The notes beneath the pieces are model-generated. The model saw nothing but the letters and a program-made list of their open reading frames with translations. It was not told where the DNA came from and searched no databases. Of a stretch of DNA of 64,000 nucleotides, positions 14,692 to 26,857 are shown piece after piece. Where the stretch lies: NCBI GenBank assembly GCA_043228905.1, contig JBHGNT010000022.1, positions 1,054,001 to 1,118,000 on the forward strand, in the 5' to 3' direction. Within the stretch, counting starts at the first letter, position 1. Each line of letters opens with the position of its first letter. A program made the position numbers and the translations under genes. This DNA is from Azolla caroliniana (Eukaryota > Plantae > Polypodiophyta).

Positions 14692-17219
14692 TGTGAAGAA
14701 TAGTGCGCAATATCGCTCGGCCACAACCAAGTCTTGAATCATAGAAATGGGAATGAACAAGAGAGTACACAGAAACGGCACATGATGTTTACGTGGGAAA
14801 ACCCTAATAGGGAAAAAACCATGGGAGCCCACGGACTCCAACTATCACTATATGAGAGGAAAATACAAAGGCACAGAGGCAACGACCTCATGCTCGCGAT
14901 CTTTGTCAGATGGCGGTTACAACAGAGAGTGCTCATAACTACTCTCTTGCTCTCTCTATACAATAGTTAGGCACATACAACAATATGACAATAACAACAA
15001 CCTTTCAAAGTGATTGCCCTAAGTCATATTTATATTTATATGAACTTAGGACTATTTACAAATATAGCCTCAATAGGTTTACTCAAAACATATTTATAGA
15101 TATGTCTTCTCTTCCGGTTCTCACCGGGTCCTCTTTATTCATCATCGGATTCCATCCGAAGAGACCGATTTTCCAACAATCTCCCCCTTCACTCCGGCAT
15201 GGGATATCTTGTTAGCCCAATCCGCTTTCGGCAAGCGCCCAGCTTGTTGGTTGTCAGGACCTTGGTCAGCATGTCCAACCTGTTCTCCTCCGTGTGGATC
15301 TTCGTCAGCGCGAATTGTTGATCTTCTACTCACTCTTGATCTTCTACTCTCTCCTCCGTGTGGTACCTCCGCTGGATATGTTTCGTTTGGGAATGGCAGG
15401 CCGCGTTCTTTGTAAGGTGGATGGCACTTTGATTGTCAAAGTAGAGCCGGTATTCCTCTTGTTGGATTCCTAGTTTTCCGATGAAGTCCTTCATCCAGAT
15501 TATCTCCTTACCGGCTTCTACAACTGCCATGTACTCCGCCTCCGTGGTTGATAATGCAACCGTCTTTTGCAACCTTGACTGCCATGAAACAACTCCCCCT
15601 ACATAAGTCATGACATATCCGGATGTAGACCGACTAGTATCCGCATAAGCCGACATATCCGAATCCGTGAATCCGTCAAGTTGGGGATTACCAGAGCTAA
15701 ACCGGAGGCACATACTGGAGGTGCTTTTCAAGTACTGGAGTATCCACTTGACCGCGTTCCACTGCTCTTTGCCGGGATTGCTCATGAAACGGCTCAGCAC
15801 TCCGACTGCACCGATATCCTACCGGGTACATACCATTGCGTACATCAAGCTCCCGACGATAGAGGCATATGGTATCTTCAGCATATCCGTCTTCTCCGCC
15901 TTTGTCCTCGGGCGTTGTTTTCCGGATAGCTTATAGTTTGCTGAAAGTGTCGATCTGACCGGTTTCGCCTCCGACATGTTGAACTATTGAAGCACCTTTA
16001 TCACGTACTTCTCCTTTGACAACCACACCAACTTCTTCGACCGGTCTCGGATGATGTGCATTCCCAATATCTATCTTGCCGGACCTGATTCTTTCATTGA
16101 GAAGGTCCAATTCAGAGCCTTCTTCAACATCTGAATCTTTCCTTGGTCTCATCCGACGATCAACATATCATCCACATATAGGAGGAGTATCAGGAAATCT
16201 CCTCTGTCAAATTTCTTCACAAACATGCAATGATCGGCTTGCGTTTTGTGGTACCCTTGGTCGGTCATGAAGGAGTCGAACTTCCGGTACCATTGCCGGG
16301 GGGCTTGCTTCAGTTCATATAGGCTCTTCTTCAGCGGGCACACCAGGTGCTCCTTCCCTTTCCTCTCAAACCCTTCTGGTTGGTGCATCTAGATCTCTTC
16401 TTCAAGGTCACCATGTAGGAATGTCGTCTTGACGTCCAGTAGCTCTACCTCGAGCCCCATGCTTGCTGCTATGCCCAATAACGTGCGGATGGATGTCATC
16501 TTTACTACCGGGGCAAAGATCTCATCGAAATCCACTCCTTTCTTCTGCTAGAAGCCCTTGACCACGATTCGGGCCTTATACCTGGGTGGATTTCTAGCAT
16601 CTCCCGGTTTCAACTTGTACACCCACTTATCCTAGAGTGCTCTCTTCCCTTTCGGCAACTTCGTTAGTCCATATGTGTGGTTCTCATGCAGGGAATCCAT
16701 CTCATCCTGCATGGCACTCAACCACTTGTGGCTGTGGGTGTCTCTCTTTGCTTCTTCGAAGCTTTCCGGCTCCCCCTGATCGGTTAGCAACACATGCTCT
16801 GCATCCCTGGTTTCTGAATGCTGGTTCCTCCATTTGATGCTCATCCGAATCTGATTCAGGATCTTGTCCGGTTCCGGTGTCTTCTTCTTCTTCTTCTTCT
16901 TCTTCTTCCGTCAGTTCGGTTTCTTGTCCATATCCGACCGGTTCATCGAGTGTCATCCAGTTACTGGCTAGCATCCGGTTTTCAACCATGTAAGTTCCTG
17001 TGTCCTCGAGTTGGTTTTCATTGAATGATCTGGAGTTCATCACCTTCTTCTCTAACTCTCAGTCGGCCATGGTTCTGTCTTCCATGAAGACTATGTCTCG
17101 ACTCTAGAACACCTTCTTGTTGACTAGATTCTACACCCGGTAACCGAACTCATCATTGTCGTATCCAAGGAATATGCATGGCCTGGACTTCGGATCCAGC
17201 CTTGCTCTCTTGTCCTTTG

Positions 17220-20200
17220 TGTTTAGTGGCAAGCTCAACCGGTTCTGGATCAGCTGAATAAGCCTGAGCTGGATCGGCATCCGGAAGCATGAGCCGGATC
17301 GGTGAGCCGGTGAGCAAGCGAGCCGGTGAGCTGGGGAGCCGGTTAGCCGGATTAAGCAGTAACCGGAAACCTAGTAGCAGCCTAGACTACTAGGTAGTTA
17401 ATGTCTCATAGTTAGTGTGAGACGCTCATGTGAGCATTGAAGTACACCGCACTTCTGTCAGTCCTCTTAGGACTTGTATAAATAGTGTTGTTGAGCACGT
17501 TGTATATACAGAGAATTTTACAGAGTGGTTGATAATAGATTTAAGTTGTTCTACTCTTTCTCTATCTCTCCGGCGTACCTTCTGTGTGTTAATCTCTCTC
17601 TCTCTTTGTTGCTATCCAGCTAAGCCGGTTGTCTAACGCTTCCGCACCTTCGTTTTTACATGGTATCAGAGTGCGAGGGTTGAGAACCTCTACAGGCGAC
17701 ATCAGCATCTAGAGACAAACCCTAAGACCGAGTAAGAACATGAAGAGAAGTGATGGACAGAGGAATGGCTAGCTCACTCCCGGTGGAGAAGCTCGACAGA
17801 TCCAACTACGCATCTTGGTCATACAAGTTGCACCAATACTTGGTTGGACATGGTTACTGGAGCTTTGTTGACAGAGCTAACGACACAACACATGATGCGG
17901 CACACAAGGACTTCCCAGTGTGGGAACAAGCGGCAAGCAGAGTAATGTACTGCTTTGCGTCCAGTGTCAGAGACCAACTGCTGAGCCATGTCCGAGATGC
18001 CAAGACACCAAAAGAAGCACTACGGCCCGGAAGCTGCAACTTCGACAGGAGTTGAGCAATGTCCAATAGAAGGACATGTCGGTAGCCCATTACATGGCCC
18101 AAATCAAAGAGATTTGTGACTCACTTGCCTCTATCAACGTGACTCTAGAGGAAGATGAGATGGTGCGGATCAGTCCTGGGGGCCTAGCGTCTAAGTTCAG
18201 AGCGTTCCGAATGGCGGTATGTACAAGGGAGAATACGCCGTCATTTTTCGACTTATAGTCGATGCTCCTTGTAGAGGAGAACCACGCCGGTGCGTCAACA
18301 AGTGCACCCACCGGCAGTCATATGCTGTACACGGAGGAAGATCGGCCCCGTGGGCGTGGTGGACGAGGCGGGTCAGCTCGCAATGGTAGCGGCCGGCAAG
18401 AGCAGGACCGAAGGCAAAGAGAGCATGTCGACAACAATTCTAGACCCTCCACAAGTAGGGGGAGTCAAGGCGGCGCCGAAGGCCGGCAAGCAAAGGCCAA
18501 CACAGAATGCTGGTACTGTGGTAAAAAGGGCCTCAGAGAAAGCGAGTGTTGGAAGAAGCGCGCCGATTCGGACAGATCCGGATCCGGCAAGGCTGACAGA
18601 GAGAATCGACAATACTTGCACTACGTAGAAGGATCGAGAGGATCCAAAACCGGAAAAGCTGGTAAAGGGCCAACCTTGGTGATGAAACACGGCCTAACTC
18701 GATGAAGAAGACCACTTCCAAATCGGAGGAAGTGTGGTACGTCGATTCCGCCACAAAGAGTGGTTCTCTTTCTTGGAGAAACCAGAACAACCGGGAGTCA
18801 TTGAAACCGGAGATGACACTCCTCACCCAATCGTGCATGTTGGAGAAGTCCCTTTGAGCCACGTTGGACAAAGGGGGAAGCTGATGAACGTATTACACGT
18901 TCCGACTATCACGAAGAACCTGGTGTCAGTCGGTCAGATCGTTGACCAGGGGATGCAGGTGCGGTTTACGCACCTTGGGTGCTTCATCGAGGAAGAGGGC
19001 CAGATTATTGCGCAAGGGTGCAGAGATGGGAGGATGTTCATCCTCGACACTAATGACGTCGGCACCGCTCTGTTTGCCAAAGGACAAAATATTGAATCGG
19101 ATATTGATCTCTAGCACAAGCAGATCGGCCATGTCAATTACCGAAGGCTTCAAGACCTGCAAATGAAACATGTTGTTTTCGGTTTGCCGAAGTTTAGTGG
19201 TTGGAAGGTCCAAATATGTGAAGCCTGCCAACTCGAGAAGCAACACCGGCTTCCATTCCCCACTGAACGAAACCATAGCCGTAACAAGCTTGACCTTATT
19301 CATTCGGATGTATGGGGACCGGTACAGAATGTTAGTCTTGGCGGGAGTCGATACTTCATCTCCTTCATTGACGACTACATCTGACACACATGGATCTACC
19401 TCATTGAGCGGATGAGCGAAGTCTTCGAGTGTTTCCGGAACCTGCAAAGCCTGGTTGAACGGGAAACGGAGAGGAAGATCAAGTGCCTGCGGTCGGATGA
19501 CGGAAAAGAATATTTTTCTAGCCAAATTCAACAGTTATCTGCAGCAGAACGGAATTCGGAGAGAATTCAGCTGTAGGTACACGCCGGAGCAAAATGGTGT
19601 GGCCGAAAGGAAGAACATGCCCCATTTCTACTGGGCTGAGGCAGTCTGGACGGCCGTCTACATCCAAAACCGGATCGGTGACAAGGTGTCCGCGCATGAG
19701 CTGTATTTCGGGCGCAAGCCGAATTTGAGACACCTTCGGATATTCGGTAGCACTGTATATGTGCATGTGACGGATGAGGAGCGGAGGAACTTAGATGCCA
19801 AGTCAGAGAAATATATCCTGGTTGGTTACCTGCATGAGCAAAAGGGGTATAAGTGTAATAAACCCCGGACGAAGCATGTCAGAGTCAGCCGGGATGTTGA
19901 GTTTGAGGAGACCTCATCATGTTATGCCTTACCAGCTTCGACTTCCGACCCTGACCCGATACCGGAGGATGAGGCTAGTGAGCTTGAGCCGGTCCAGTTA
20001 GAAGACGAAGGGTTAGAGACTCAAAATGTGAGTCTGGAATCATTTTGGTTGAGCGGGCCGAACGAGCGGCTGAGTCGGGATGACCAGTCGGATGAGGAAC
20101 CGGCGAGTAGTAGAGACTCTGTCGTGCTCTCCCTGCGCAAGGAACCAAGGAGACGATTCATGTGCAAAGAGAAGGGTCCGAAGAAGAAGATGCCGGAATA

Positions 20201-22895
20201 CGAAACTGGCAACGGTCAGTCGGATCGGAGCGAATCTGACTCTTGAAAGAATGAAGGTAGATCTTCGGGAACGAAGTCTGAACCGGCCAAGAAGGGCCTC
20301 AAACCAGGTAACGATAAGTTACGCCGGTCTTCCCGCCAGAAGAACCCCGTGACACGGTACGGGTACAATGAGTACATGGGGCATCACTATGCGTACATGA
20401 CCAAGGTGGCGGAAGTGCGTGAGCCGGAGAGCTACGCAGACGCGACAAAGGATGCAAATTGGCGTGCCACTATGGAGGAAGAAATGCGGGCATTTGATGC
20501 CAACGACAAATGGGACCTAGTTGACGCTCCCCGACACTGTAAATTGATCGGATGTAAGTGGGTGTACAAGGTAAAGTACAATGCTGATGGTTCGGTTAAC
20601 CAGTACAAGGCCTAGTTAGTGGCGAAGGGATATGTGCAGACCCACAGAATCGACTACAACGAGACCTTTGCTCCGGTAGCGAAGATGACGACGGTTCGTG
20701 TGGTGCTGGCGGTTGTTGCGGCCAGGGGGTGGTATCTTCACCAGATGGACATGAAGAATGAATTTCTTCAAGGTGATCTTGAAGAAGAGGTCTTTATGAC
20801 CCAATCCCCCGGTTTCCAGTCGGAGATGAACAAGTCGGCAGTATGCCGGTTGAAGAAGTCACTTTATGGCCCGAAGCAAGCCCCCCGAACTTGGAATGCG
20901 AAGATCACGCACCGGTTGCGTAAGATGGGGTTTGCGGCCTCCAAGTCTAACTCTTCGTTGTTCATCTGGCAAGGTCCGGATGGTCCGGTTTGCATCTTGT
21001 TGTATGTTGATGATCTAGTCATCACCGGACCCGGACTCAAAGACATCAGCCGAGTCAAGTCCAGCTGTCGGAAGCATCTGAGATGAAGGACCTTCACTAT
21101 TTCCTTGGGATCGAGGTGATCCGAATCCCCGAGGGCATATTGCTCTCACAAAGACACTATGTGTTGAATATGTTGTACAAGTTCGGCATGACGGAATGCC
21201 GATCGATCTCCACACCCCTGGACCGGAACCAGAAGCTCCGTCCCGACTTCGAACCAGCCTGCGATGACAAGCGGTTCCGACAAATGGTCGGAAGCCCTAT
21301 ATATTTGAAAATCACCCAACCCGACATCAGTTATATTGTCGGCGTGATAAGCCAATATATGCAGAAGCCGACCTTGGAGCACTTTCTGTGCGCGCATCGA
21401 ATTTTGCAATATGTGAGCGGCACGAAGGACCAGGGACTGTTATACCAGCATGGTATAACCGAAGAGCTAGTCGGCTACACTGATGCCGATTGGGCAGGCG
21501 ATGCATCGGATCGCCGATCCACTTTCGGATATATGTTTTCCATTGGTAGCGCGGTTGTTGCGTGGAGCAGCAAAAAGCAGCCAATAGTGGCCCTTTCGAG
21601 GACTGAGGCTGAATACCGGGACGCTACCTATGCCACCTGTGAAGCCATTTGGCTTCGGTGACCTACGGATCCAGGTGTCGACCCCGATCATGATCTATTG
21701 CGACAACGTAAGCAGCATGCAACTCGCCAAGAACCCCGTATTCCATGCTCGCACGAAGCACATAGAAGTGCACTACCACTTTGTGCGTGAGCGTGTCCTA
21801 AGCGGTGAAGTCGAACTTCGGTATGTTCATATGGATCGGCAAGTTGCTGACATCTTCACCAAACCACTCGGATAGGACAAGTTGCAGCACTTCACCGAAA
21901 TGCTTGGTGTTCAACATCTCGACGTGCCACACTTGAGTGGGAGAACGGGCAAAGACACCGGAACAGGCAAACGCAAAGAAACTACCAAAACGGGCAAAGG
22001 CAAAGAAATTGCCGATTGTGTCGGTGAGGGAAGAACCGACAAAGGGAGAGACAAGAAGAAGAAAGGAGCCCAACAGAGTCAAGAAGGACAAAGCCGACCG
22101 GAAGAAGAAGGCCAAGACCCAGACATGGTCTGATGTGGTGAAGGGCCTGGAACTGGAAGTCGAATCAGGAGTGACCGATTCAGACAAGAGCTAGAACGAA
22201 TCGGAGACAACCGATTCGGTTCAACAGAAGGATTCGGAAGAACAAGATCAATTCAAGGCCAAGAGGACGAGAAGATAGTCAAAGTCGACGCCAACACGAA
22301 GGAATCGGAGAATCAGCAAGCATCGAAGTCACAGCAGCGAGGGAGCTGAATTGGGCTTGTTCAGCAGACAAGCCGACCGAGGAGGTCGAGGTACGCAGAA
22401 TCAAAAGGGTCACGACAAACTGAACCGAACCGGACGACGAGCGCGATCGAGGCAGATTGACGCCAGAAGGAGCCGGGTGGAAGGACTGGCTGCCATGGAG
22501 ACTGACACTACGATCCGACCTCAAGTTAAGCTTGAGGGGGAGTGTTGAGCGGCAAGCTCAACCGGATCCGGATCGGCTGAATAAGCCTGAGCCGGATCGG
22601 TGAGCAAGCGAGCTTGGGAGCTCGGGAGCTGGTTAGCCGGATCAAGCAGTAACCGGAAGCCTAGTAGCAGCCTAGACTAGTAGGTAGTTAATGTCTCGTA
22701 GTTAGTGTCAGACACTTGTGTGAGCATTGAAGTACACCGCACTTCTGTCAGTCCTCTTACAAAGAATTTTACAAAATTGTTGATAATAGATTTAAGTTGT
22801 TCTACTATTTCTCTGTCTCTCCTGCGTACCTTCTGTGTGTTAATCTCTCTCTCTCTATTGCTATCTGGCTAAGCCGGCGCACCTTCGTTTTTACA
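17220..22895 (+). mobile_element. Ty1/copia family C, full-length, nested in the integrase of family B
   Basis: 5' LTR 17220-17660, PBS TGGTATCAGAGT at 17661, PPT GAGGGGGAG before 3' LTR 22543-22895, TSD CTTTG/GTTTG. The host YVHVAKDKRA reading frame rejoins across the insertion. Confidence 0.95.
17752..22548 (+). pseudogene. Disrupted copia gag-pol (Gag, CCHC-like knuckle, PR, IN, RT, RH, C-terminal extension)
   Basis: EKLDRSNYASW, CWYCGKKG, HSDVWGP, YTPEQNGVAER, CKWVYKVK, LYVDDL, GYTDADWAG, ARTKHIEVHYHF. Multiple stops and frameshifts. Confidence 0.92.
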
Positions 22896-23174
22896 GTTTG
22901 CAACATGCACATATGCAAGACACTCGAACACCTTCATAAGCTGGTAAGATACATCTTTACCGTTCCATACTTTCTGAGGTGAGTCTCCTTCCAAGGGTGT
23001 TGAGGTTGTTCGCTATAGGTTGCCATTGTCAGTGCCTCAGCCCAGACTTGGGTAACATCATCTAGCCAACCAGTTGATATCAGGTTCAGTCGAACCTTCG
23101 GAACGTGTCAGACATCCTTTAGGAGGGACGCTCTGGAATTGACAACCCACGTTGTTTCATTGCCGACAAGGTTT

Positions 23175-23603
23175 TGTCATGATATGGCAAGACTCGAACC
23201 CATGACCTTTTGTTATATGGGTCAAGATCTTGACCATTATACCATCTATTGTAATACGTAGGATATTATTTTCATTTAAGTTTTATTATAGGAAATTAAT
23301 GTATATTCCAGATTTCTCTAAAACATTCTCGAAGCTTCAGGACTCTTCCTGAGAACACTATAAAAGGAGGCACAAGGCATTATGTTGAACCAAATTGGTT
23401 CAATGCGAGTCTTAAGCCTCATAGCCATTTTGTACTTACTCTTCATATAATATATCATCTGTTATCATGATCTCTCTCTCTCTCTCTCTCTCCTCTTCTC
23501 TCTCCCTCTCTCGGGAGTCTTACGCAGTCTCGTCCTCTTAGTACTAATAGTACTTCCCTTCTCCAGTACTAATTCTCTCTTTGTTTTAGTGCTATTCTTG
23601 ACA
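23175..23603 (+). mobile_element. Solo LTR (429 bp) of a further family, inserted in the family B gag/PR junction
   Basis: TGTCA...TGACA inverted termini, perfect 5-bp TSD GGTTT, TATAAA near 23359, (CT)n tract. Confidence 0.9.
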
Positions 23604-25625
23604 GGTTTAACTCATTCTCTTCGGTAATGAGCATCAGTTCTTCTTCACTTGTCGCGATCGCCGATGTTCCCTTCCTCTCCAGTCCGAACCGTTTCGGTTT
23701 GAACTCTTCTTCGAATCGGTGGTGCCGGTTTCTTTGTCTTTCCGGAAATGATGACAATTCTTCTGGAAGTGCCCCGGCTTCCCACAGTAGAAGCAAGTAG
23801 GCCTCCCCCTTGACTTCAACCTTGTCCCGGACTTGTCCTGGTTTTGGGGACTCCGATACCGGCCTCTTCCCCGGTTGTGGTCATCTTTCGTGACCAAGGC
23901 CTTTGGATCGGTTCTGGACTCCCGGTCCTTTTGGCGAGCTTCTTCATCTAACAAGCTTGATTTTACCTTTGGTAGGGACAACTGTTTTACTTCCGGCTCG
24001 GCATTGCCCATCGTGACAACTAACGTCTCCCAACTGTCCAGGAGGGAACCGAGCAGGAGCAATGCCAGTACCTCATCGGCGAGAGGTAATTCCAATGAGG
24101 ATGCCTGGTGTATTAGCCCCTGGAAGACATTCATGTTCTCCGCCATACTGGAGACGTCCTGGTACCGGAGCCTCACTAGTTTCTGGAATACCGAAACCCG
24201 ATTAACGACATTCTTGTTCTGGAACATGATGTCGATCTTCCCCCTAGAGTTCTTAAGCCTTGCTCTCTTCATTGAAGTTGTTGTACAAACTCATGTTGAT
24301 GAAGCACCAGATGTATGACGTCGTCTTCATGTGCATCACCTCCCACACTGTGGCGTCAATCTTATCCGGTCTCTTGTCCTCGAACTGAACCGGCAACCAA
24401 AGATCTTTAACCAACAACACATCCCTCATCTTCGACTTCCACACTAAGTAGTTGGAGCCGGTGAGCTTGAACATGCCGCCGAACGATTCTTCCATTTCTT
24501 GTGTTGTTCGCTCTGATACTAGTTTGTGAAGAATAGTGCGCAATATTGCTCGGCCACAACCAAGTATTGAATCACAGAAATGGGAATGAACAAGAGAGTA
24601 CACAGAAATGGCACATGATGTTTACGTGGAAAAACCCTAATAGGGAAAAAACCACGGGAGCCCACGAACTCCAACTACCACTATATGAGAGGATAATACA
24701 AAGTGGAGGCATAGAGGCAACAACCTCTTGCTCGCGATCTTCACCAGACGGCGGTTACAATAGAGAGTGCTCATAGCTACCCTCTCGCTCTCTCTGTACA
24801 ATAGTTAGGCACATACAACAATATGACAACAACAACAACCTTTCAAAGTGATTGCCCTAAGTCATATTTATACTTATATGAACTTAGGGCTATTTACAAA
24901 CATAGCCTCAATAGGCTTACTCAAAACATATTTACATATATGTCTTCTCTTCCGGTTCTCACCGGGTCTCCTCCGGTTTCTGGATCTCTTCCGGTTCTCA
25001 CCGGGTCCTCTTTATTCATCACCTGATCCCATCCGAAGACACTGATTTCCCAACACATTCGACTAAGGAACCTTGAACTCTCAAGAGCTCTTGAGTTTGA
25101 AGACCATTTGACTCTGACTTACCTTTGACTATGCCTTCTGTTCGACTCTAGAGCGCTTTCGACTTTGAATTACATTCAAGTCTGGAGAGCCTCGATTATG
25201 CTCTCTCTTCGGCTCTAAAGAACCTTCGAATCTAAGGAGCGTTTGACTCCGAAGAGCCTTAAAGTGTGAAGAGATTTTACTCTCAGTAGTTTCGAGTCAC
25301 CAAGCATCCCATTCTCTCGGTTCAAGTCTTTGATGGTCTAGCTCAAATTTCACAAGCATGTGTGTATCTTCATGACATAAATTTGGTGAACTTCACGAGA
25401 AAAAAATGTTAGGCAAGGGTGTCATAGCATTTATATTTTGTTGATCTTCATGCTATAATACAACTTCAATACCTAAGCCATGTGATCAAGGGTTAGGGCT
25501 CTCGGAGAATTAGCAATGAAATAACGTTGAATATAATAAATAGGTTTTCTTGAGTTACATAGAACCAAACATTGAAGATTGATTTTTGCAATGTATTATC
25601 ATACCTTTGTCTTTTAACCATCTTG

Positions 25626-26172
25626 CTACTTCTTCCTTAATGATTCTATTAATCTTTCCTTAATAACCACATATTTCACAACTCTAAGAGATTTCCACAT
25701 CCCACCTTTTGAACCATTTTTTGATGTCAAGTACCCAATGAGATGAGAGAATTTTGCTCTCGTGATTTTTTGTAACATAACATTCCAAGCAAGATGTGGT
25801 AATCTATGATTTGGCATATTCTTGACTTTTGCAATATATCTATATATTGTGTGTAAGGTTCCAAAAGGGATACATGAAACACCAGATGAAGTCGCATGTG
25901 CGGAGGGAGGCCAAGACAAATGCAACATCACTTATCTTACTAGTGATTATGTATGGGGCAAAATGGTGGTAATCCAATTTACCGCAAGGCTGAGTGGTCT
26001 TGATGTTGTGTTGGAGAAGCCATACCCCAACACAGAACATTTTGGAGCAGTCTAGGCGATGATGATTCGCAAGACTCTTGTGTGTAACTTGAGCATCATG
26101 CAAATTGTGGATTTCTTGGAGGACACTAAGATGATACTCAACAATAGGGTTGGTATGAACTTCTGGATGCGC
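25626..26172 (-). mobile_element. Old fragments: non-LTR RT C-terminal-like piece (~25630-25890) and chromovirus-type gypsy integrase C-terminus (~25900-26172)
   Basis: IAKVKNMPNHRLPHLAW resembles non-LTR RT C-termini. VWLLQHNIKTTQPCGKLDYHHFAPYIITSKISDVAFVL resembles the GPY/F module of chromoviral integrases. Confidence 0.55.
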
Positions 26173-26857
26173 TGTCATGGTGTACTTTGTACACTACGTA
26201 AAATATGTGTGGAGTACCCAATTGACTAAGTAAGTATAAAGAAATAGGAGGAATACTCCAATAATAATGTTACATGCATAGGGCAAGATTTGAACCCTGT
26301 ACCTCCATGTTAATGATTTTAAGCCTTACCACTATACTAGCATATTATGAGTTTTAAAGTTATACTAAACTTTACCCCATGTAAATATTCTAGATATGCA
26401 TGATAGAAAAAGTTATTCATGCATACACACTTGAGTTAAAAGAAAAGATGTGATAGAAAGCTAATCATGCACATGTAGTGTGCATGAAAACTAAAGTTAG
26501 AAAAAGCATGATGCTTGCATGTGATAAACATAGACTCTTCCATCACTATATAAGGAAGAGAGAAAGATGTATAGTTGTTGATTTTTTATAAGGGTTGATT
26601 AATATAAAATATTCGTGGGATTCACGATTTTGCCATCTATTTCTCTCTTACAATCTAAGTATCAATTAATACACTATACTCATGGGATTCACAAGTTTCA
26701 TATCTTCATCTTGCAATCTATTTGTAACAAACCTTATCTCATATTCTTCTTTCTCCTAGTCCAAAACCTCAGCGGTTCCCACCCGACTCATGCAACAATC
26801 CAGAGCGAAAGGCGCGACACAGTTGGTGAACCCAATGTGAAAACGGGTGGCAAGGAG

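Larger units (their letters stand above)
14692..25055 (-). mobile_element. Ty1/copia, Tto1/Tork-like (family B), full-length but decayed; hosts two nested insertions
   Basis: 3' LTR 14692-15178, 5' LTR 24525-25055, TG...CA termini, TSD CATTT/CATTC. PBS TAGTATCAGAGC (tRNA-iMet type) at about 24510-24522; PPT GAAGGGGGAGA next to 15179. Gag MEESFGGMFKLTGSNYLVWKSKM, knuckle CFYCGKPGHFQKNC, RT LYVDDML, RH VALSTTEAEY. Much of PR/IN is deleted near 23050-23160. Confidence 0.93.

Noticed and set aside
26281-26341. tRNA gene
   Set aside because: Only A/B-box-like motifs; acceptor and anticodon stems do not form, and the sequence is part of an LTR.
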